In this document: positions 23,502-32,000 of the stretch, in pieces | Layout of the letters: each line of letters starts with the position of its first letter | How positions within the stretch are numbered: position 1 is the stretch's first letter | Origin: Corynebacterium glutamicum ATCC 13032 | Lineage (GTDB): Bacteria; Actinomycetota; Actinomycetes; Mycobacteriales; Mycobacteriaceae | DNA length: 32,000 bases | Direction: 5' to 3' | Assembly (NCBI RefSeq): GCF_000011325.1 | Contig: NC_003450.3 | Location: 3,270,001-3,302,000 of the forward strand | The notes under the pieces: generated by a model | The model's database searches: none | What the model was told of the DNA's origin: nothing | The model's input: only the letters and a program-made list of their open reading frames with translations | Position numbers and translations under genes: made by a program

Positions 23502-26011
23502 TTCCGAACCCCAACCCGAACCCCAAAGCCAAAACTCTTCGCCTCGTTTCAGCGCTGACCGCCATCACTGTGGTGGGTTTTAGCGCTTCACCTGTTCATG
23601 CGTTGCCGATTCCGTTGGATCCTTCTGATCCGGCGGTGTCGGAGTTGTGGGTGAATCCGAATGCGCGGGCTGATGATGAGCTTTCTGGTGTGGATGTAGA
23701 GATCTCGGATTTTGTCATGCCGAATAGCAATCTAACTGTGCAGGTGGGGGAGTCTTTTAAGGCGCAGGTTCGGGTGACTAATCGTTCGTCGGAGACGTTG
23801 AGCAATATTACGTTGCAGGCGCGTCGTGCGGAGGCGTCGTTTGATATGGCGAGTGCTCGGGTGGCGGCGACGGATAATAATTATGGCTACTTCGGCGCGA
23901 TGGTGACTCTTGATGATGAGTTGGAGCCGGGGGAGAGTGTTGAGACTGAGGTGGAGATTTCTACCGATAGTTTGTCGATTTCTCAGCCGGGTTCTTATCC
24001 GACGATGTTGGCGTTGTCGGGGCAGCTTGATGGGGTGGCGCAGCATTTGGATTCGCAGCGTTTCCTTCTGCCAGTCCTCAGCGATACAACTGATACAGAA
24101 GACACCGCCACCCCCACGACGATGATTTACCCGATATCAGCCCAGACGAATGTGTTGGGTGGTGAGACCGGCGAGGCGCCGGAAGAGCCGCCTTTGCTGG
24201 TCAGTTCCGACGCGCTTGCGGGCGAGTTGGATGAGGGCGGTCGTTTGCAAAAGCTTATCGACGCCTACCTCCAGTCTTCACCCGCCGTGCAGCAAGCCAC
24301 GTGCCTTGCTATTGATCCGCAGCTTCTTGATGTGGTGGATCGCATGACCGGCGGTTACACCGTGACCGATACTCGTCCCAGTACGGTGCGGCAGAATCAG
24401 CGGCTTCGTGAGTTGTGGACTGCCGATAATCAACCCACCAATGGTGTCGCGGGCACGGGTGCGGAAAACGCTGCCATTTTCTTGGAGAAACTCCGACAGG
24501 CCACAGCCACCTCGTGCACCGTGGCGTTGCCGTGGGCGAATGCTGATCTAAATGCAGTGAGCCAAACCGGTAATCAGTGGTTGATGCGCGAGGCGCTACA
24601 GCGAGGTGTCACCACCTTTGAAGAAGTGTTGGGTGTTATTCCGGAATCCAATGTGGTGATTCCTGGAAATGGTTTTGTGGAGCCCTCCACCGTGGGTGAT
24701 CTCGGATGGGCGGAAGTAACGCTTAATCCGGATCAGGCGTGGGAGGTGCAGTCAGAGGAGTTGGTTGCTGCCCCTGATGCCACAGAGCAAAGCGCATTGG
24801 ATAACCCTAAGCCAACGCCAGGCACGGTGACGCCGCCAACCCCTATGTCAACGGTGTCCGTGTTGGTTTCTGATAACACGGTGTGGCGCACAACGAGCGC
24901 GGATCGGTTCCACTCTTTGGCTCCGGGAATAACTGGGGTGTCGTATCAGGGATCGTTATCGGCAACCTTGGCTACCTTGGGACAAAACCCTGAGACTGTG
25001 GGCTATTCCAATCCGGATTCGCGTTATGACTACGCCATGGATTCTGAGAGCGCCCGCAATCTCACCGGCCAGGCGGCGCTGCGCTTGACGGTGGACAACG
25101 GCGATGAAGACTCTCCCGTGTTGATCATGCCGAGCGCGGTGCTGGGCGCCGAAGACGGCGCGATGTTGCTTGAGACCACCGGGGCTTTGCTTGCCGACGG
25201 CTCCGCCCGACCTTTTTCCCTGCAGCAATATGTCACTGCCAATGCGGAACAAAGAAATACTTTGGCCACAGCAACAACTCCACCGGATGACACTGCTTTT
25301 GGTGCACCCTACGACGATCCTGCGTCATTGACGGAAACCGAAATTCTGCGAACCACTCAGCAGGCGGAGTACATCGATGATCTCACTGGCATCATGTCCA
25401 ATGATCCCAGCATTGCACTGACCCGTTATGGGTTTACAGCACCGCTGCGGCAAGATCTGCTGCGCGCGTTGAGTATCAGTGAGCGTCGTTCGTTAGCTCG
25501 CCACACCCAGGCAACCTCTGCTGCCGATAAATTACTTAATCGCAACCGCGATACTCTGCAGAAGCTGCGTAGCTCTGTGGCGTTGTTGCCGCCGGGAAAT
25601 GTGTATACCCGAACCTCGGAATCGTCTCCGTTGTTGATTGTGGCGCAAAACGGTTTGCCATTGCCCGCGGAGACTCAGATTTTGTATTCCGGAAATCAGG
25701 ATGCGCACATCAATACTCCGGGTGTGGTTCGTATTCCGGCGCAGGGTTCCATCACCTTGCAGATGACTGCGGATTTGCCCGATGACAATCTGCGCACTGA
25801 TCTCACGTTGTGGTTGGCATCCCCAGATGGGGCCACCATTAGTGAACCTGTGGAAATTACTGTCCAGCCTCGCCCGAATTTGGGCACCACGCTGTTTTTC
25901 GTGGCAGCGGGCATTCTGGCAGTAGGAGGGTTGTTGTTTATACGGAAGAAACGAAACGTCGAAAAGCGCTCGCCCGGTACGGGATCGCCCAAACCGCCAC
26001 CAACCCACTAA
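23498..26011 (+). CDS. Large conserved actinobacterial secreted/membrane-anchored protein (Rv3909-like, DUF6049-type)
   Basis: 837 aa with an N-terminal signal peptide and a C-terminal TM anchor (LFFVAAGILAVGGLLFIRKKR). Its position between the Nudix gene and murJ matches mycobacteria. The family name is from memory. Confidence 0.7.
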   Translation: MIPNPNPNPKAKTLRLVSALTAITVVGFSASPVHALPIPLDPSDPAVSELWVNPNARADDELSGVDVEISDFVMPNSNLTVQVGESFKAQVRVTNRSSETLSNITLQARRAEASFDMASARVAATDNNYGYFGAMVTLDDELEPGESVETEVEISTDSLSISQPGSYPTMLALSGQLDGVAQHLDSQRFLLPVLSDTTDTEDTATPTTMIYPISAQTNVLGGETGEAPEEPPLLVSSDALAGELDEGGRLQKLIDAYLQSSPAVQQATCLAIDPQLLDVVDRMTGGYTVTDTRPSTVRQNQRLRELWTADNQPTNGVAGTGAENAAIFLEKLRQATATSCTVALPWANADLNAVSQTGNQWLMREALQRGVTTFEEVLGVIPESNVVIPGNGFVEPSTVGDLGWAEVTLNPDQAWEVQSEELVAAPDATEQSALDNPKPTPGTVTPPTPMSTVSVLVSDNTVWRTTSADRFHSLAPGITGVSYQGSLSATLATLGQNPETVGYSNPDSRYDYAMDSESARNLTGQAALRLTVDNGDEDSPVLIMPSAVLGAEDGAMLLETTGALLADGSARPFSLQQYVTANAEQRNTLATATTPPDDTAFGAPYDDPASLTETEILRTTQQAEYIDDLTGIMSNDPSIALTRYGFTAPLRQDLLRALSISERRSLARHTQATSAADKLLNRNRDTLQKLRSSVALLPPGNVYTRTSESSPLLIVAQNGLPLPAETQILYSGNQDAHINTPGVVRIPAQGSITLQMTADLPDDNLRTDLTLWLASPDGATISEPVEITVQPRPNLGTTLFFVAAGILAVGGLLFIRKKRNVEKRSPGTGSPKPPPTH

Positions 26012-26063
26012 CGTATCGCATAGTTATTTTCGCCGTGCTCGCCGTTAAGGCGCGCACTCGTAC

Positions 26064-29000
26064 ATGAATGGTCAACAAGTGAGTTCTTCGCTTTCGAATA
26101 ATTCGGAGCAGTCCGGCCTGCGTGGCAGGATCGTTGCTCCAGCACCGCCGGCGCCTGTGCCCGAGGCGCGCAAGAAGGCTGTCGCACGCACGGATGGTGA
26201 TCGCTCGAGTTTGAAAAACTCGCCTACGGCATCCGCCACCCAGGCAGCCCAGACGCGCCCGGCAGAACCGGAACCAGAAAAGCACACCTCCGATTCTGAT
26301 GTGGTGCGCTCGACTGGCTCCATGGCAATAGCCACGCTGCTGAGTCGTATCACCGGTTTCCTGCGCACCGTGATGATTGGTGCGGCGCTGTCGCCGGCCA
26401 TCGCTTCGGCGTTCAACACTGCCAACACGCTGCCCAACCTGATCACTGAAATCGTGTTGGGTGCGGTGCTGACATCGCTGGTTATTCCGGTCCTTACCCG
26501 CGCGGAAAAAGAAGACGCCGACGGCGGTTCCGGGTTCTTCAGGCGGCTGCTCACCCTGTCGGTGACGCTGCTGGGTGGTGTCACCATCCTGTCGATTATC
26601 GGCGCGCCGCTGCTGACACGGATGATGCTGTCCTCTGAGGGACAAGTCAACGTGGTCATGTCCACGGCCTTTGCGTATTGGCTGCTGCCACAGATTTTCT
26701 TCTACGGCCTGTTTGCCCTGTTCATGGCTGTGTTGAACACCCGTGAAGTGTTCAAACCCGGCGCGTGGGCACCTGTTGTCAACAATGTGATCACCTTGAC
26801 CGTGCTGGGCGTGTACATGGTGCTGCCTGCGCGTTTGCACCCGCATGAGCAGGTGGGCATTTTTGATCCGCAGATCATTTTCCTCGGCGTGGGCACCACC
26901 CTTGGTGTGGTTGCACAGTGTCTAATCATGATTCCGTACCTGCGTCGCGCGGGCATTGATATGCGCCCTCTGTGGGGTATCGATGCGCGTTTGAAGCAAT
27001 TCGGTGGCATGGCGATGGCGATCATCGTGTACGTGGCAATCTCCCAGTTCGGTTACATCATCACCACTCGCATTGCGTCGATTGCAGACGATGCTGCGCC
27101 GTTTATTTATCAGCAGCACTGGATGTTGCTGCAAGTTCCTTATGGCATCATCGGCGTCACCTTGCTCACCGCGATTATGCCGCGACTGTCCCGCAACGCG
27201 GCAGACGGCGATGATAGGGCAGTAGTCTCTGACCTTCAGTTGGGTTCCAAGCTAACCTTCATCGCACTGATCCCCATCGTGGTGTTCTTCACCGCCTTCG
27301 GTGTCCCTATTGCCAATGGCCTTTTTGCCTACGGCCAATTCGATGCCAACGCCGCCAACATCCTTGGTTGGACTCTGAGCTTCTCTGCTTTCACGCTGAT
27401 TCCTTACGCTTTGGTGCTGCTACATCTGCGTGTGTTTTATGCGCGTGAAGAGGTCTGGACCCCAACCTTCATCATCGCCGGCATCACCGCCACCAAGGTC
27501 GTGCTTTCCCTGTTGGCACCGCTGCTGTCGAGCTCCCCGGAGCGTGTGGTGGTGCTTCTTGGTGCGGCCAACGGTTTCAGTTTCATCACCGGCGCGGTCA
27601 TCGGCGCGTATCTGTTGCGCAACAAACTCGGCCTGTTGGGTATGCGCTCTTTGGCTAAAACCTCCCTGTGGGCGTTGGGCTCTGCGGCGGTTGGTGCAGC
27701 AGCAGCATGGGCGTTGGGGTGGCTGATTCAAGCCGTCGTGGGCGATTTCTTGCTGGGCACTCTAAGCTCCGTAGGCTACTTGTTGTACCTGGCTGTGTTG
27801 GGTGTCTTCTTCATCTTCGTCACCGGCATCGTGTTGTCACGTTCTGGTTTGCCGGAGGTCCAAAACTTGGGCCAGGCACTGACCCGCATCCCAGGTTTGA
27901 GCCGGTTTATTCGCCCGAATACCAAGATCTCTTTGGATGTCGGCGAAGTCTCCGAGCAGGATTTCTCCACCCAGCTGGTCGCGCCAAGCGAGTTCGCAGC
28001 AACCCCTGTGCCGCCACCGATGTCCGCCGGTATTGTCCGCGGACCTCGCCTGGTTCCCGGCGCCCCAGTCGGCGACGGTCGTTTCCGTCTGCTCGCCGAT
28101 CACGGCGGCGTCCAAGGCGCGCGTTTCTGGCAGGCCCGCGAGATCGCCACCGGCAAGGAAGTCGCGCTGATCTTTGTGGATACTTCCGGCAACGCCCCAT
28201 TTGCGCCACTGTCTTCGGCAGCCGCAGCGGGCATCGCCTACGAGGTGCAGCGCCGCACCAAGAAGCTGGCCAGCTTGGGCAGCTTGGCGGTAGCCCCCAA
28301 CATCCACTCCGAGGCGTACCGCAACGGTTGCCTCATTGTGGCCGATTGGGTGCCTGGCTCCAGCTTGAGCGCCGTCGCGGAATCCGGTGCCGATCCCCGC
28401 GCCGCCGCGTTCGCGCTCGCGGAACTAACTGAAACCATCGGCGAGGCCCACGAGATGGGTATCCCGGCCGGCTTGGACAACAAGTGCCGCATCCGCATCA
28501 ACACCGACGGCCATGCCGTCCTCGCCTTCCCGGCGATTTTGCCCGATGCCTCAGAGCTCCGCGACGCCAAGTCCCTGGCCTCGGCCGCCGAGATGCTTAT
28601 CGACGCGACCCTCGCTCCCAGCGACGTCAAGGCAATGGTCACTGAAGCCCAGGGGCTAGCTACAGAAGACAATCCCGATTACGCATCACTTGCCATGGCG
28701 ATGCGCACCTGCGGACTGTTCACCGAGGAACCAACCCACCTTGTGGTGAAGAAGGAAAAGACACCAAAGCCTGCGACACGTGATGGTTTCGGTGCCTCCG
28801 ACTACACCGTCAAGGGCATGGCAGCCATCGCCGCTGTGGTGATCATCTTGGTTTCCCTGGTGGCCGCCGGTACCGCGTTCCTCACCAGCTTCTTCGGCAG
28901 CAGCACCAACGAACAATCCCCGTTGGCCTCTGTTGAAGCCACCACCTCTGCAACACCAGAACCTGTGGGGCCACCGGTCTACCTGGATCTGGATCAAGCC

Positions 29001-29408
29001 CGCACGTGGGATGACGGTGCAGGAACAGATGTCACCGACGTCACCGACGGCAACACCTCCACCGCATGGACCTCCACCGGCGGCGACGGCCTCCTAGTTG
29101 ACCTGTCCACGCCTGCCCGCCTCGACCGCGTCATCTTGACCACCGGCACCGGCTCCGACAGCAACGTGACCTCGACCGTGAAGATCTACGCATTCAACGA
29201 CGCCTCACCACACTCCCTGTCGGAAGGCATCGAGATCGGCACCGTGGATTATTCCGGCCGCAGTCTCAGCCACAGCATCCGCGATTCCTCCAAGCTTCCG
29301 GGTCAGGTGGAATCCGTGGTGATTCTGGTCGATGAGGTTCGTTCCTCACAAACCTCAGACACCAATCCACAGATGCAGATCGCTGAAGTACAACTTGTTG
29401 GTTGGTAA
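26064..29408 (+). CDS. murJ: Lipid II flippase MurJ/MviN fused to an intracellular pseudokinase domain and an extracellular C-terminal sugar-binding-like domain
   Basis: 1114 aa. MurJ core (SMAIATLLSRITGFLR..., about 14 TM). The kinase-like region from about 28071 lacks the Gly-loop, VAIK Lys and HRD. Single TM at about 28818-28890. The C-terminal region (about 28980-29405) has an F5/8-type-C-like pattern. Confidence 0.85.
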   Translation: MNGQQVSSSLSNNSEQSGLRGRIVAPAPPAPVPEARKKAVARTDGDRSSLKNSPTASATQAAQTRPAEPEPEKHTSDSDVVRSTGSMAIATLLSRITGFLRTVMIGAALSPAIASAFNTANTLPNLITEIVLGAVLTSLVIPVLTRAEKEDADGGSGFFRRLLTLSVTLLGGVTILSIIGAPLLTRMMLSSEGQVNVVMSTAFAYWLLPQIFFYGLFALFMAVLNTREVFKPGAWAPVVNNVITLTVLGVYMVLPARLHPHEQVGIFDPQIIFLGVGTTLGVVAQCLIMIPYLRRAGIDMRPLWGIDARLKQFGGMAMAIIVYVAISQFGYIITTRIASIADDAAPFIYQQHWMLLQVPYGIIGVTLLTAIMPRLSRNAADGDDRAVVSDLQLGSKLTFIALIPIVVFFTAFGVPIANGLFAYGQFDANAANILGWTLSFSAFTLIPYALVLLHLRVFYAREEVWTPTFIIAGITATKVVLSLLAPLLSSSPERVVVLLGAANGFSFITGAVIGAYLLRNKLGLLGMRSLAKTSLWALGSAAVGAAAAWALGWLIQAVVGDFLLGTLSSVGYLLYLAVLGVFFIFVTGIVLSRSGLPEVQNLGQALTRIPGLSRFIRPNTKISLDVGEVSEQDFSTQLVAPSEFAATPVPPPMSAGIVRGPRLVPGAPVGDGRFRLLADHGGVQGARFWQAREIATGKEVALIFVDTSGNAPFAPLSSAAAAGIAYEVQRRTKKLASLGSLAVAPNIHSEAYRNGCLIVADWVPGSSLSAVAESGADPRAAAFALAELTETIGEAHEMGIPAGLDNKCRIRINTDGHAVLAFPAILPDASELRDAKSLASAAEMLIDATLAPSDVKAMVTEAQGLATEDNPDYASLAMAMRTCGLFTEEPTHLVVKKEKTPKPATRDGFGASDYTVKGMAAIAAVVIILVSLVAAGTAFLTSFFGSSTNEQSPLASVEATTSATPEPVGPPVYLDLDQARTWDDGAGTDVTDVTDGNTSTAWTSTGGDGLLVDLSTPARLDRVILTTGTGSDSNVTSTVKIYAFNDASPHSLSEGIEIGTVDYSGRSLSHSIRDSSKLPGQVESVVILVDEVRSSQTSDTNPQMQIAEVQLVGW

Positions 29409-29441
29409 ATTACGCGTTTGTGATTGACCCCCATTAAGGTG

Positions 29442-29481
29442 CGCCCGCCCTCAGTTTCACTAACTGAAGGCGGGCGTTTTT
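29442..29481 (+). terminator. Rho-independent terminator of murJ
   Basis: cgcccgccctcagtt (29442-29456) pairs with aactgaaggcgggcg (29462-29476) with one mismatch, followed by a T5 run. Confidence 0.8.
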
Positions 29482-29661
29482 AATTTATATATAGCTTCAG
29501 CTCACAGGTATTTTCCAGAAAGAAGAGCCCTCAAAGTATGTAGCACCTCAGCGACACCTCCCACTTGAGTGGGCGCCGAGAAGTATCTCTCAATGGAAAA
29601 TCTGCCCATACTAAGCCGCATAAGGGATACGGGGTGTGTCCCTCAACCTGCGGGGGATCTT

Positions 29662-30267
29662 ATGACAGTACTGCCTAAAAACCATGACCTAAGCGATACC
29701 CAACTCGTCAAACAGTTTATATCTGGCGACTCCAGGGCATTTTCCACCATCATTCACCGCCACGAACGACATATGATGCAGGCAGCCAGAAAATACGGGC
29801 GGAAACCAGAAGACGCCCAAGACATTCTCCAAGAAGCTCTCTTTCGCGCCAGCCGAAACATGCACCTTTATAGAGCAGAAGCAGCTCTCGGCACGTGGCT
29901 CCACAAACTTGTCCTGAATAGCGGCTTCGATTGGGCTACCCACCGCTCCCAAGTAGAATTCCCCATCCTTAACGAACCAACAATCGATTTAGAAAAAGAT
30001 CCTCGCCTAGCCACCGACCCCTTGGGCTACCTCGATGTCGCCATGACAATTCGATCCGCCATCGACCAATTACACCCCGATCAACGCATCGCCTTAATAC
30101 TTGTCGACCTCGGCGGCTACACCGTAGAAGATGTGGCCGAAATCGAAGGAATCAAAGTAGGTACCGTTAAATCACGCCGAGGGCGCGCACGCAAAGCGTT
30201 GCGCGCCCTTTTACATGCAGATTTCTTCGGGCCCGAAGATGGCTCCATACAGTGCGAAAGCAACTGA
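29662..30267 (+). CDS. sigM: ECF RNA polymerase sigma factor SigM
   Basis: 201 aa from ATG 29662 (RBS gcggggga). Region 2 (DAQDILQEALFRA) and region 4 (YTVEDVAEIEGIKVGTVKSRRGRARKAL). Conserved position before trxB. Confidence 0.8.
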   Translation: MTVLPKNHDLSDTQLVKQFISGDSRAFSTIIHRHERHMMQAARKYGRKPEDAQDILQEALFRASRNMHLYRAEAALGTWLHKLVLNSGFDWATHRSQVEFPILNEPTIDLEKDPRLATDPLGYLDVAMTIRSAIDQLHPDQRIALILVDLGGYTVEDVAEIEGIKVGTVKSRRGRARKALRALLHADFFGPEDGSIQCESN

Positions 30268-30297
30268 TGGAAGTTTTTCAAAGTGTCTGACGTTGAA
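30268..30297 (+). promoter_or_regulatory. ECF (SigH/SigM-type) promoter candidate for trxB-trxA
   Basis: tGGAAg (30268-30273), a 17-nt gap (30274-30290), then cGTTGAA (30291-30297), about 75 nt upstream of the trxB ATG. This matches the GGAA / (C/T)GTT(GAA) pattern of corynebacterial SigH/SigM promoters. Confidence 0.5.
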
Positions 30298-30371
30298 AAC
30301 GGTGAGTTCACAACTAGGGTGAATGGTGCACGTGATGCTGCACTTTTACGTTTACTACTTTGAGGGAAACA

Positions 30372-31325
30372 ATGTCTGAAGAACAATCTGCCGTAGCACC
30401 AAAGATTCATGATGTCGCCATCATCGGCTCCGGTCCAGCTGGCTATACCGCAGCAGTATATGCAGCCCGCGCTGACCTCAACCCCATCATGTTCGAGGGC
30501 TATGAATACGGTGGATCTTTGATGACCACTACTGACGTGGAAAACTTCCCAGGCTTTGAAAAGGGAATCCTGGGCCCAGAGCTCATGGAAAACATGCGCG
30601 CTCAGGCCGAGCGTTTCGGCACCGACATGCACATGGAGCTTGTCGACCGCGTTGATCTCACCGGCGACATCAAGAAGCTGTGGGTCGGCGACGATGAGTA
30701 CCACGCGCGTGCTGTCATCTTGTCCATGGGTTCTGCACCTCGCTACTTGGGTGTGAAGGGCGAGCAGGAACTGCTCGGCCGCGGCGTTTCTGCATGTGCA
30801 ACCTGCGATGGTTTCTTCTTCCGCGATCAGGACATCGCCGTGATCGGTGGTGGCGACTCCGCGATGGAGGAAGCAACCTTCCTCACCAAGTTCGCTCGCA
30901 GTGTCACCATCGTGCACCGCCGCGAAGAGTTCCGCGCCAGCGCCATCATGCTGGAGCGTGCTCAGAAGAACGAGAAGATTCGCTTCGTCACCAACAAGAC
31001 TGTCGAAGAGGTCATCGAGGCAGACGGCAAGGTCAGCGGTCTGAAGCTCAACGACACCGTCACTGGTGAAGATTCCGTCTTGGATGTCACCGCCATGTTC
31101 GTTGCCATCGGCCATGATCCACGCTCTGAAATCCTCGCAGGTCAGGTCGAGGTTGATCCTTCCAACTACGTTTTGGTTCAGGAGCCTTCCACCCGCACCA
31201 ACCTTGATGGTGTTTTCGCTGCTGGCGACCTGGTGGACAGCCACTACCAGCAGGCCATCACCGCAGCTGGTTCCGGTTGCCGCGCAGCGATCGATGCAGA
31301 GCATTACCTAGCTTCTCTGGCCTAA
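30372..31325 (+). CDS. trxB: Thioredoxin-disulfide reductase
   Basis: 317 aa from ATG 30372 (RBS gaggga). GSGPAG FAD motif, redox-active CATC, and the GGGDSA NADPH motif. Confidence 0.9.
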   Translation: MSEEQSAVAPKIHDVAIIGSGPAGYTAAVYAARADLNPIMFEGYEYGGSLMTTTDVENFPGFEKGILGPELMENMRAQAERFGTDMHMELVDRVDLTGDIKKLWVGDDEYHARAVILSMGSAPRYLGVKGEQELLGRGVSACATCDGFFFRDQDIAVIGGGDSAMEEATFLTKFARSVTIVHRREEFRASAIMLERAQKNEKIRFVTNKTVEEVIEADGKVSGLKLNDTVTGEDSVLDVTAMFVAIGHDPRSEILAGQVEVDPSNYVLVQEPSTRTNLDGVFAAGDLVDSHYQQAITAAGSGCRAAIDAEHYLASLA

Positions 31326-31409
31326 TTCACAGTTAGCCTTAAACCAAACCATGTACCAATGAATGTCGGATTCCCCAGGAGTCCCGTCATTGTTAATTTA
31401 GGAGAAACC

Positions 31410-31733
31410 ATGAGCAATGTTGTTGCAGTAACCGAGCAGACCTTCAAGTCCACCGTCATCGATTCCGACAAGCCAGTCATCGTTGACTTCTGGGCAGAAT
31501 GGTGTGGCCCCTGCAAGAAGCTCAGCCCCATCATTGAGGAAATCGCAGGCGAGTACGGCGACAAGGCAGTCGTTGCCAGCGTCGACGTCGATGCAGAGCG
31601 TACCTTGGGTGCCATGTTCCAGATTATGTCGATTCCTTCTGTTCTCATTTTCAAAAATGGTGCAAAAGTCGAGGAATTTGTCGGTCTGCGCCCCAAGAAC
31701 GAAATTGTGGAAAAACTAGAGAAGCACCTCTAG
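31410..31733 (+). CDS. trxA: Thioredoxin (called trxC in some actinobacterial annotations)
   Basis: 107 aa from ATG 31410 (RBS aggaga). WCGPC active site. The longer tracked ORF from 31359 is unlikely. Confidence 0.9.
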   Translation: MSNVVAVTEQTFKSTVIDSDKPVIVDFWAEWCGPCKKLSPIIEEIAGEYGDKAVVASVDVDAERTLGAMFQIMSIPSVLIFKNGAKVEEFVGLRPKNEIVEKLEKHL

Positions 31734-31809
31734 CTGGTATTCTTACTGCAGTCACGTGGATGAACTATATCCATTGATAATTTTGAACATGAATGATGGA
31801 AGGAGCAGG

Positions 31810-32000
31810 GTGTCTAAAGTCCTGAGAGTTGGCGATCGCAGCCCGCGCGTGGCAGAAGTGCGCACTACGCTCGCTCGCCTCGGTGTGATTGAAGGCTATT
31901 CCAGGGAGATGTCTGCAAAGACAGAATCCCAGAAGTTCCACGAAGAAGAGACGCTTTTCGACGAAGAACTCAGCCTCAGCATCAAGTCATTCCAGCAAGC
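31810..32000 (+). CDS. cwlM: N-acetylmuramoyl-L-alanine amidase CwlM, 3'-partial (runs off the window)
   Basis: GTG 31810 with RBS ggaaggag. VSKVLRVGDRSPRVAEVRTTLARLG is a peptidoglycan-binding-domain-like N-terminus. Conserved position after trxA. Confidence 0.65.
   Translation, partial: MSKVLRVGDRSPRVAEVRTTLARLGVIEGYSREMSAKTESQKFHEEETLFDEELSLSIKSFQQ

Noticed and set aside
25938-26846. 302-aa minus-strand ORF, plus 197-aa (26072-26665) and 107-aa (26702-27025) ORFs
   Set aside because: They are antisense to the murJ 5' region. The Arg/His/Gln-rich nonsense composition has no motifs.
27668-28432. 254-aa plus-strand ORF in another frame of murJ
   Set aside because: Arg/Pro/Gly-rich off-frame translation of a GC-rich gene. 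The murJ frame carries the recognisable domains.
30117-31304. 395-aa ORF on the minus strand
   Set aside because: It is entirely antisense to trxB, which has unambiguous FAD/NADPH/CATC motifs. It is a Gly/Ala/Asp/Val-rich shadow ORF typical of GC-rich coding regions.

Overview
The window looks like an actinobacterial chromosome segment of Corynebacterium glutamicum type; this is inferred from gene content and order, with no search run. The left end (1-5.2 kb) carries a phoC-like metallophosphoesterase, a lipoprotein, proP and an SPFH protein. The right third (19-32 kb) is the conserved azlDC / yqgE / cca, Nudix, Rv3909-like, murJ(mviN), sigM, trxB, trxA, cwlM block. The middle is accessory and rearranged. 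(i) A roughly 6 kb AT-richer two-gene islet (about 5.6-11.65 kb) encodes a 1646-aa single-polypeptide Type ISP restriction-modification enzyme (Mrr-like nuclease, DEAH SF2 ATPase, N6-adenine methyltransferase, C-terminal target-recognition region). Behind a strong terminator follows a separately transcribed GIY-YIG protein with an unrecognisable ~200-aa C-terminal domain. This pairing is my best candidate for an undescribed defence arrangement. (ii) An old segmental duplication, thiD(-) / small gene(+) / ATACCCC..GGGGTAT palindrome / copZ(+) / terminator, occurs twice. The 12.3-13.5 kb copy is decayed: a 5'-truncated thiD abuts a Cys-less MGMT/ATL-like gene. The 17.4-19.0 kb copy is intact. 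(iii) There is also a 5'-truncated MHS/MFS gene and an orphan siderophore-binding lipoprotein with a DtxR-like box. Several intergenic repeat families are unexplained: twin perfect palindromes at 1.15-1.28 kb, a recurring GCGCTTTTCGACGCC motif, and a 72-bp tandem hairpin repeat at 22.3 kb. I found no rRNA, intact tRNA, CRISPR array, transposase or integrase.
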